Positions 18,116 through 24,668 of a stretch of DNA of 26,063 bases are shown here, in pieces (position 1 is the first letter of the stretch; each line of letters opens with the position of its first letter). The translations under genes and the position numbers were made by a program. The stretch spans positions 1 through 26,063 of the IMG/VR virus record IMGVR_UViG_3300022697_000391, one strand, 5' to 3'. This DNA comes from a virus. Lineage: Duplodnaviria > Caudoviricetes. The notes under the pieces are model-generated. The model searched no databases and was not told where the DNA came from. It saw only the letters and a program-made list of their open reading frames with translations.

Positions 18116-18627
18116 TCACCACCGTCGACCGACTTTTCGAGGCGCTCAGCCTGCGCCATTTTGCGACGGCGGAACTCGATACCCTGCACCACCAGTCGGG
18201 CAACACCCCACCTCCACCGGGCCTAATCGAGAATCTTGCCATGCCCTTGGTGGTCGCCGACGAGCTGCGTGAGCTCTTAGGCTCTCCCGCGGTGATCACA
18301 TCAGCCTATCGATGCCCATCTTACAACCGCATGTCGGGTGGAAGACCGTTGAGTAACCACCAAGCAGCGACGGCCTTTGACCTGTTTTTCCCCAAGCTCC
18401 ACCGCCAAGAGGACGTCGCCGAGATTCTGCGGATATGGAGAGGCCAAAAGTTCCCTCTTCCAATCTTCCCTCACCAGAAAAGGGTGGGAGAGATCCCGTT
18501 CGAGTTGAGTCAGGTCCAAGGGGTGTGTGGCGGTTCTTGGGAATTCGTGTTCCGCGGTGGCGTCGGGCAAGGTCCCGACTACACCCACTTCGACACCAGG
18601 GGGCTGGATGCCACTTGGTACTACTGA
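18112..18627 (+). CDS. Peptidase M15 family Zn-peptidase (probable endolysin)
   Basis: 'ITSAYRCPSYNRMSGG...SNHQAATAFD' (H-x6-D) and 'THFDTRG'. Start placed at ATG 18112 rather than the overlapping 17980. Confidence 0.88.
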   Translation: MITTVDRLFEALSLRHFATAELDTLHHQSGNTPPPPGLIENLAMPLVVADELRELLGSPAVITSAYRCPSYNRMSGGRPLSNHQAATAFDLFFPKLHRQEDVAEILRIWRGQKFPLPIFPHQKRVGEIPFELSQVQGVCGGSWEFVFRGGVGQGPDYTHFDTRGLDATWYY

Positions 18628-18642
18628 CCCACGGAGTCCGTT

Positions 18643-19137
18643 ATGAACGAAGCAACCATGCCTCGCCCCGCCCTCCTCGAACAAACGTCCTCGCCGGCGC
18701 CAGATTGGATCAGACTCCGTGACGGTAGCCTGATCAACGCACATCACCTGTCGATCCTAGCTCAGCAACCCGTCAAGGGCTCCTACGTCTACCAGGGCAA
18801 TGACCGGGTACGCACGGAGCAAGACGCGGAGAGCATCGCGGCCGGCCTTGGCGCCACATGGTCAATGGTCCCCTGCGTAGTGGCCAGGAGAGGGACGAAT
18901 CAGGGAATCGACTACCGGATCTGGACCCGGCCAGGGGACGTAAAGCGCATAATGCTCCACTCGTCAGGTCAGTATTCTCTCCTTGTCCACGCCACCGGCA
19001 AAATCATGGTGACGCCCTTGAAGCCGGCAGAGGTGCAGCGCCTGCTCGAGGGCGGAGAGGCGCAGATCACGGTACGACCAAGCCTTGAAATTCTTTCCGC
19101 GGATCCAGTCTCTGGGCTTGGCGAGGCGCTGCTTTGA
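18643..19137 (+). CDS. Hypothetical protein (164 aa)
   Basis: GGAG RBS before ATG; co-oriented in the cassette; appears to consist of two similar small beta-rich units. Confidence 0.75.
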   Translation: MNEATMPRPALLEQTSSPAPDWIRLRDGSLINAHHLSILAQQPVKGSYVYQGNDRVRTEQDAESIAAGLGATWSMVPCVVARRGTNQGIDYRIWTRPGDVKRIMLHSSGQYSLLVHATGKIMVTPLKPAEVQRLLEGGEAQITVRPSLEILSADPVSGLGEALL

Positions 19138-19271
19138 AGCCCGGGTACTGCAAGGCCTGCAAACGGCCAGTGCCGATGAAGCTGCACCCCGTGAAGGTTG
19201 GCAAGACGACCATCATGAGGATCTGCACCCGGTGCCTTGCAAAACTCACGCAAGGCAAGGGCCGACCATGA
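19134..19271 (+). CDS. Small zinc-ribbon protein (45 aa), not in ORF track
   Basis: TTGA overlap with the upstream stop, GAGG upstream; (M)KPGYCKACKRPVPMKLHPVKVGKTTIMRICTRCLAKLTQGKGRP has CxxC...CxxC. Confidence 0.65.
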   Translation: MKPGYCKACKRPVPMKLHPVKVGKTTIMRICTRCLAKLTQGKGRP

Positions 19272-19298
19272 CATCGCCAAGTGGTCGGTAACCCAATT

Positions 19299-20567
19299 TC
19301 ACGCCGCCTCTTCGACCGCAAAGAGGCTCAGCACCGGGATCCCCACGAGGTCCCGCACGATCTCCTCGCGCAGACTTGCAAGATTGCGATCCACCTGCTC
19401 GGCGGTCAACCTCCGGGCCAGCTTTTTGCTCGCCGCGGCTAGGCGACGATCCAGCTCGGCTTCCTGGTCTTCGTGGAGCTGGTTGAGGGCCAGACCAAGG
19501 ATTTCGAGATCGATCTCTTCGAGGGCGCCCTCCGCGGCCTCGGGGTCAAGCCCAGCCTCGGTGATGCGTTGTACCCAGATCTCTCGATCGGGGAGATTGC
19601 CTGGCAACCACGAGGCAAGTACCGAGAGCACGGCCGGTACGTCGATGGCTGGCCCTGGCGGCGGTCGGTATGCCGGGGCCATGAGCTTTGCCTGCGCTCG
19701 CTGGTGACTCCGCCACCTCTCCGCAACGCGCTTGCGGTACCAGAGCAACCAGTCAGGATCGCTCTCCGCCGTCAAAATCACTTCCCGAACGAAGGCTGCC
19801 GGGATCTCGGCCTCGAACCACTCGTCGATCGCGGCTGCCTCTCGGTCCGAGGGTTCTTCGCGCGGCGGAGCCGCGGCCCTCGAGTACGCATCCCAGATCT
19901 GGAGCCCGTAGTCCGCTCTCGGCCCCTCGCGTGTGCGAGCGCTCCGCTTCGCTGGGATAGCTGGGATAGCTGGGATAGCTGGGAACGCTGGGATGTGGGT
20001 GACAGGGTGGGTGACACGGTGGGTAGCATCACAATTGCCGATGACGCACTCCTCACCGGGAGGTGGGTCCTCGTCAGGCCCCCGGCCTGGCTGCGACCCA
20101 ATGTGCACCGCGATCTCCTCTGGCAGGGCGTCGATCCAGGCCAATCGCTTCTCCTCGGGGAGCCCCTCGATTCGCTCCTCCACACGGTTGGCCAGCTCCC
20201 GGAAACGGAGAGTCACGAGATCGCAGTGCCGGTATACGCCGATCAGCCTGCGCCACCCCTTGAGCTGTGACGGGTTTTGGATGGGCTCCAACTCGGCCAG
20301 AGGTAGACCGATGGTGAGTCGGTCGACCAGCAGCCACCCAGCCTCAACGAGTTCGTCCACCGCCGCCTGGACACGGCCTGGTGCCCACGAGAGTTCAAGG
20401 AGGTCCTCGAGGGTAGCCACGCTACCCAGCATGAGGCCGATGGTGCCGTGCATCTGCGGCTCCACGAGGACCCGAAACCACACCAACTGCGCATCGGCAC
20501 TCAGCACCGGGAAATCACCGTTGGCCAAATCAAGCCGTACCTGTCTGTAACGCTTTTGCTGAGACAC
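19299..20567 (-). CDS. Phage replication initiator / replisome organizer-like protein
   Basis: N-terminal winged-HTH-like 'LSADAQLVWFRVL...VQAAVDELVEAGWL', central repeat linker, helical C-terminal region; position in the early block. Confidence 0.75.
   Translation of the reverse strand: MSQQKRYRQVRLDLANGDFPVLSADAQLVWFRVLVEPQMHGTIGLMLGSVATLEDLLELSWAPGRVQAAVDELVEAGWLLVDRLTIGLPLAELEPIQNPSQLKGWRRLIGVYRHCDLVTLRFRELANRVEERIEGLPEEKRLAWIDALPEEIAVHIGSQPGRGPDEDPPPGEECVIGNCDATHRVTHPVTHIPAFPAIPAIPAIPAKRSARTREGPRADYGLQIWDAYSRAAAPPREEPSDREAAAIDEWFEAEIPAAFVREVILTAESDPDWLLWYRKRVAERWRSHQRAQAKLMAPAYRPPPGPAIDVPAVLSVLASWLPGNLPDREIWVQRITEAGLDPEAAEGALEEIDLEILGLALNQLHEDQEAELDRRLAAASKKLARRLTAEQVDRNLASLREEIVRDLVGIPVLSLFAVEEAA
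19951..20031. repeat. Iteron-like tandem repeats inside the initiator gene (candidate ori)
   Basis: Five 9-mers (GCTGGGATA x3, GCTGGGAAC, GCTGGGATG) at 19951-19995, followed by three 12-mers TGGGTGACAGGG / TGGGTGACACGG / TGGGTAGCATCA. Confidence 0.7.
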
Positions 20568-20919
20568 TCTTCCACCTCTTTTCGTACTTCGACGCCAACG
20601 ACATCAAGTTTTCTCTGTGACAAGTTTCGAACGTTCTAACTCCCCGGTCGTGCAGTTCCTGGTGACAGTGCCTGCACTGGGGGATGAGGTGCTCAGCTGC
20701 ACCGCCGGCTCCTCGAGACCTGGCGTGACTGGCTTCGGAGGGCGGCGCCCTGGCGCAGGTCGCACAGGGTTGTTTGCGGATCCAAACGGCCTTCGGGCCA
20801 AACTGCTTCTCCACCAGCTTTTTAGATCGCGCGGAGTTTTTCCGCGGGATTTGAGAGCCGCGCCGAATGGGAGCCTTGCGGGGAGGCATCGGAGATCGGC
20901 GCATCAAAGGCGCTCCCAT
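20530..20919 (-). CDS. HNH-like Zn-binding nuclease-family protein (nin-region type)
   Basis: 'WIRKQPCATC...EASH...GAGG...IPQCRHCHQELH'; basic N-terminus. Confidence 0.75.
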   Translation of the reverse strand: MGAPLMRRSPMPPRKAPIRRGSQIPRKNSARSKKLVEKQFGPKAVWIRKQPCATCARAPPSEASHARSRGAGGAAEHLIPQCRHCHQELHDRGVRTFETCHRENLMSLASKYEKRWKSVSAKALQTGTA

Positions 20920-21188
20920 GCGAGTAGCTCGGGATGGATGTCCGGGTCTCTATCGCGGCCGTATGGCGACCTCTGAGACCAGAAGACGACTCGCCGCTTG
21001 ACTTCGAGCCATTCGCCGCGATCAAGTTTGATCCAAAATCGACAGGTCTCTCGATTGTAGGCGGCGTCGAGCCACCGCCCATCTAGATGGACGCGGACCA
21101 TCATCCGGTGGCCTGGTTCGGTCGGGTTTCCCCGCCTGAAGAACCGGGGCTTGTCGGCAAGGCCTGGGAGAAAGCGATGAAGTCTCAA
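20904..21188 (-). CDS. Hypothetical Trp-rich protein (94 aa)
   Basis: TTGA overlap with the PolX stop; fills the gap in the operon. Confidence 0.55.
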   Translation of the reverse strand: MRLHRFLPGLADKPRFFRRGNPTEPGHRMMVRVHLDGRWLDAAYNRETCRFWIKLDRGEWLEVKRRVVFWSQRSPYGRDRDPDIHPELLAWERL

Positions 21189-21856
21189 GGCCCCGGACCT
21201 CCTGCGCGCGCGACGTCGCGGTAGCCAGACCGGAGGTGAGGAGGCACCCACGACAACTGGAGGACCCGGAACACGTCCTTTTCTTCCGGGGTGTCCAGTT
21301 TTTGTTCACCACGCACGAACCGCGCGTGGTCGCAGGAACCCTGGAATTCCTGCGCCCACCGGGAAACCAGCCCGGTCGAAAAGGCGGCTGAACCGGTGTG
21401 GATCGTGAATTTGTAGCCCCATGTGGCTGGCGTCGCGATGAAAAGATCGAGTGCCACCGATTTTTTGGGCAACCAGACTTTTAGGTAGCCGGCGCCCCCG
21501 ATCCGCTTTGTGTGCCAGAGGCGGTCCTCCTCTGGCTGCCGACCATCTTTCCCGCTGGATCGAGGGGAGATCGGCACCAATCGATCACGACCGATGGACT
21601 CGATCCTCTCCCACAGGAGGCTGACCGACTCTACGTGCTGGTCGAAGAGACCCTGCTGACCGGCCGCTTCGCGCTCCTCGTACCGCGGAATGACTACAAA
21701 CTCCAGGTCGCCGATCGCCTCGGGGTAGGGTTTCCCGGTCGCCCCGAGGTAGCTGAGCCCGCGCCGAAGGCTGCCGGCCAACTCGATCCGGTGGCATGCG
21801 GTGCCCAGAGCCTCCACCAGCGCCTCGCCGGTTTGGCAAGCTTGCCCGAAGAGCAT
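21185..21856 (-). CDS. Minimal family-X DNA polymerase (palm + thumb only)
   Basis: 'IELAGSLRRG', 'IGDLEFV', 'LDLF', 'HTGS', 'TPEEKDVFRVLQLSWVPPHLR'; only 223 aa. Confidence 0.88.
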   Translation of the reverse strand: MLFGQACQTGEALVEALGTACHRIELAGSLRRGLSYLGATGKPYPEAIGDLEFVVIPRYEEREAAGQQGLFDQHVESVSLLWERIESIGRDRLVPISPRSSGKDGRQPEEDRLWHTKRIGGAGYLKVWLPKKSVALDLFIATPATWGYKFTIHTGSAAFSTGLVSRWAQEFQGSCDHARFVRGEQKLDTPEEKDVFRVLQLSWVPPHLRSGYRDVARAGGPGP

Positions 21857-22050
21857 CAGGGCGCCCTCCGTTCGAACCGGCGATCTCTCTCGTACAAAGC
21901 GTCTCCGAAGCCGGCGTGTTCCGCACTGCCGGCCTCATAGGGTGACCTACGCAACAGGCTAGGCAATTCTCCGGGCTCGGGGTCTCGGTCGAGGACAAGG
22001 TCGACGCCAACTTCGTACCCGGCGCAGTAGCGTTGTTGCCAGGGGCTCAT
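21856..22050 (-). CDS. Small hypothetical protein (64 aa)
   Basis: ATGA overlap with the MTase stop and TGATG overlap with the PolX start; MSPWQQRYCAGYEVG... Confidence 0.65.
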   Translation of the reverse strand: MSPWQQRYCAGYEVGVDLVLDRDPEPGELPSLLRRSPYEAGSAEHAGFGDALYERDRRFERRAP

Positions 22051-23168
22051 CGGCCGTCCGCCTGCTCGTCGAAGAGAGGTAGCTGCTGTGGAGCTGTGGG
22101 GGATAGGCAGTGCGGCGAAAACCACATCGCCTCCCGCATCGTGGAACTCGACGCGGATCCCGTCTGGCGCGTCCAGTTGACCACCGACCAGCCAAGCTCC
22201 TCCAGCACCGAATGCTCGCCCTCGAGACCGCAAAGACAGATCCGCATTTGTGGGTGATCGCCCCGCGCTGCACACCAGGCCCGAACTCTGGCCGCTACGT
22301 CGCTCTCATCGTGGTTGTACAGGTGGGCGCGACGGCGGGAGGGATCGTACGGCGGGTCGAGAAACACGCCCGTAGATGCCCATCGGCCAATGGTGGTACC
22401 GGGGGTCAAAGTCCGCTCGAAGTCACCGCAAAGCACCCGCACCCTGCGCAGTCGAGCTTGTAGGTCCTCTAGCCAGGAGACCAAAGCATCGAGGTGGATT
22501 CTTGAGCGATTGACTCCGGTTTGCCCCCCCGCGCCTCGGTTCGAGAGTATGCCGTTGCCCTGATGCATCACCCGCGGCTTTTTGTGCACGCCCTTCGCGG
22601 CTCTTGTTGTACGCAAGATGTCGGCCTGCTCCGGGATGCCAAGCTTCGCCCGGTTGTTCCGCGGCTTGCGAAGCGCGCCCGCTTCGCGCCTCGAAGTCCT
22701 TTGTCTGCTGTGTATTCCGCGGCCGCCACGATCGAGCAATGGTCTCGACCTCACCAGATGGTCAGAGCACCACCCGGATCCGATCCACTGACAAAGTCCC
22801 CATACCCACCACCCAGCAATTTGTGGATCGTTGTACCGCGGATCTGCGAGTACTTTGTGACGTAGGGCTTCGGCCCGACTGTGGAGATCGCTATGTCGAG
22901 CGATCAGGTCAGCCTCGTTGATCGGCCAGTCCGCGGCGAGGGCGACCTCTTTTGGGGCATCTCGGATCGCCCTCCAAAAATTGGCGATCTGGCAGTCAGC
23001 GTCGTTGACGGTCTCTGCGCATCCGCGGTGTGGGCGGGCGAGCAGCACCGCGCCCGAGCCGAAAAAAGGCTCCACGAAATACGAAACATCACCCAGGCGG
23101 TCCCACACGAGGTGGGCAACCCGACTCTTACCACCAGGGTAGGGGTAGGGGCTCCGGAGGGGCGTCAC
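22047..23168 (-). CDS. DNA N6-adenine methyltransferase, Dam/D12-like
   Basis: GTGA-coupled start; 'YPGGKS', 'FVEPFFGSGAV', 'VND', 'FLDPPY'. Confidence 0.92.
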   Translation of the reverse strand: MTPLRSPYPYPGGKSRVAHLVWDRLGDVSYFVEPFFGSGAVLLARPHRGCAETVNDADCQIANFWRAIRDAPKEVALAADWPINEADLIARHSDLHSRAEALRHKVLADPRYNDPQIAGWWVWGLCQWIGSGWCSDHLVRSRPLLDRGGRGIHSRQRTSRREAGALRKPRNNRAKLGIPEQADILRTTRAAKGVHKKPRVMHQGNGILSNRGAGGQTGVNRSRIHLDALVSWLEDLQARLRRVRVLCGDFERTLTPGTTIGRWASTGVFLDPPYDPSRRRAHLYNHDESDVAARVRAWCAARGDHPQMRICLCGLEGEHSVLEELGWSVVNWTRQTGSASSSTMREAMWFSPHCLSPTAPQQLPLFDEQADGR

Positions 23169-24223
23169 GAGGATGCCCTCGAGCGGTCTGCCAGCACTTT
23201 CCCACCGATGACTCTTTTGAGCCTGGCTCCCAACCAACTGGCCACTGGCACTGCAACGCCGTTGCCGAGCATCTTGCCCCGGGCGGTGTCGGAGAATCCG
23301 GCGGTGTACCCGTCAGGACATCCTTGGAGCCTCTCTTTTTCGATCGGCGTGAATCTGCGGGGCCGCCCCGCGAGAACCGCGGAATCGTTACCTGCACCCA
23401 GGGATGGACAGGGGCCGAATGAGGGGTCCTGACAGGCGTTGAACGCAATTACGTCTGCACGGGCAGTCAGACAGGGGGATACTTTGGAGGGTACGCTCCG
23501 ATTGGTACCTGATGTGACCTGTCCCACATCGATGCAAAGGTCGTATCCGTTAAGAGGGCTCCCTCCAGCGCAGCACGCAGTGACGGTGGCAGCCTCCTCC
23601 TCCTCCTGAGTGCTCGGCGCAGAATCCCCAAGCATGCCTTCGGGCTCAAGAAGTACTTCGGGTGCGGGCGCGCTTCGAGGACCCGCGACAACAAAGACTC
23701 TCCTGCGCCGTTGGGGCACTCCGAAAAATCTAGCGTCAAGCACCCGCCAGACGCACCAGCGGAGATGACCGACGCAGACTCCCGCCTTCCGCCACCCTGC
23801 GCGCGGGACCCGAGGCCGGAAACCGGTGAATCCCTCCAGGAGTAAGGACCACGTCCACCCCCCATCGTGGTACAGACATCCAAGGACATTTTCCCAGCAC
23901 AGCCACGATATGCCGCAACGATCCGCCAGGCGGATGTAGTCGACGAACAAGCCGGACCGCTCGCCATCCAGTCCCCGACCAGATCCAGCCACTGAGAAAT
24001 CTTGACAAGGCGTGCCTCCGGCCAGGAGCCGGACGTCTGGTAAGGCAAAGTCATCTGCATGCCGCAAGTCTCCATAGATCGGAACTCCAGGAAAGGATCG
24101 GTCGAGCACAGCCCGGCAATGCGGGTCGACCTCCAGAAGGAAGGCAAGATCCAGACCCGCCTGCTCGAAACCCAGGTCCATGAGACCTGCCCCGGAGCAG
24201 ACCGACCCATAGGTGACGCTCAC
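23165..24223 (-). CDS. DNA cytosine-C5 methyltransferase (alpha polypeptide)
   Basis: Motif I 'CSGAG', IV 'GGTPCQDFS', VI 'WENV', VIII 'QRRRRVF', C-terminal 'RRFTPIEKERLQG...GNGVAVPV'; GTG 24223 six nt after GGGAG. Confidence 0.95.
   Translation of the reverse strand: MSVTYGSVCSGAGLMDLGFEQAGLDLAFLLEVDPHCRAVLDRSFPGVPIYGDLRHADDFALPDVRLLAGGTPCQDFSVAGSGRGLDGERSGLFVDYIRLADRCGISWLCWENVLGCLYHDGGWTWSLLLEGFTGFRPRVPRAGWRKAGVCVGHLRWCVWRVLDARFFGVPQRRRRVFVVAGPRSAPAPEVLLEPEGMLGDSAPSTQEEEEAATVTACCAGGSPLNGYDLCIDVGQVTSGTNRSVPSKVSPCLTARADVIAFNACQDPSFGPCPSLGAGNDSAVLAGRPRRFTPIEKERLQGCPDGYTAGFSDTARGKMLGNGVAVPVASWLGARLKRVIGGKVLADRSRASS
23467..24060 (-). CDS. Nested alternative-frame gene: putative C5-MTase beta polypeptide (M.EcoHK31I-type)
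   Basis: The +1 frame is open for 247 codons inside the MTase gene; ATG 24060 has GGAG 9 nt upstream; 'CLTLDFSECPNGAGESLLSRVLE...KYFLSPKACLGILRRA...LPPSLRAALE'. Confidence 0.75.
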   Translation of the reverse strand: MQMTLPYQTSGSWPEARLVKISQWLDLVGDWMASGPACSSTTSAWRIVAAYRGCAGKMSLDVCTTMGGGRGPYSWRDSPVSGLGSRAQGGGRRESASVISAGASGGCLTLDFSECPNGAGESLLSRVLEARPHPKYFLSPKACLGILRRALRRRRRLPPSLRAALEGALLTDTTFASMWDRSHQVPIGAYPPKYPPV

Positions 24224-24450
24224 CGGCAACTCCCGACGCCAAAGGCCAGCGCAAGGGCGGTGTTTTGCTGGACAGAGAGTTGGCCGGGTGGCCCTTGTCG
24301 TCCGCGAGCACAGTCCCTGCGCCTAGCGCTGTGACTGTTGCCCAAAATGTAGCCCAGTATTGAAAAACCCGGGCGCAGGGGCTCTTTGCCGCGGACTCTG
24401 CCGACGACGCTAACTTGCCTATTTTGAAGAATTTGCAGGAAGGCTGAGGT

Positions 24451-24500
24451 TGGTACCGACGCCCAGATTTGAACTGGGGACCCCCTGATCCACAATCAGA
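24451..24500 (-). tRNA. 3' half of tRNA-His(GTG): attachment-site core, not a complete gene
   Basis: TCTGA-TTGTGGA-TCAGG GGGTC CCCAG-TTCAAAT-CTGGG CGTCGGT-A-CCA; no D-arm or acceptor 5' strand upstream. Confidence 0.9.
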
Positions 24501-24520
24501 GCTACTGGCCTTTCATGACC

Positions 24521-24659
24521 TTGCATTGGCATGCTCCTGATTGCAAAGGCTTGCATAAGCCCTTCATTTCAAATAGCTTACCACTCAATCGCTTGCATAG
24601 CTATTGCAGGGGCTTGCAAATGTTGAATGCACCTGGAATGCACCTGGGATTGCACTTGG
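24521..24659. repeat. Phased (T/A)TGCA repeats and arm-type direct repeats upstream of integrase
   Basis: TTGCA at 24521, 24541, 24551, 24593, 24604, 24614; AATGCACCTGG twice plus ATTGCACTTGG (24626-24659); TAAGC...GCTTA dyad at 24556-24580. Confidence 0.7.
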
Positions 24660-24668
24660 AGGTCAGAA

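Noticed and set aside
19951-20031. CRISPR-like array
   Set aside because: Short tandem repeats without spacers, in frame within a CDS.
22047-24223. Complete restriction-modification system
   Set aside because: No recognisable cognate restriction endonuclease; orphan MTases are common in phage early regions.
24451-24530. Intact functional tRNA-His gene
   Set aside because: The sequence upstream of the anticodon stem cannot form a D-arm or pair with the acceptor strand CGTCGGT.
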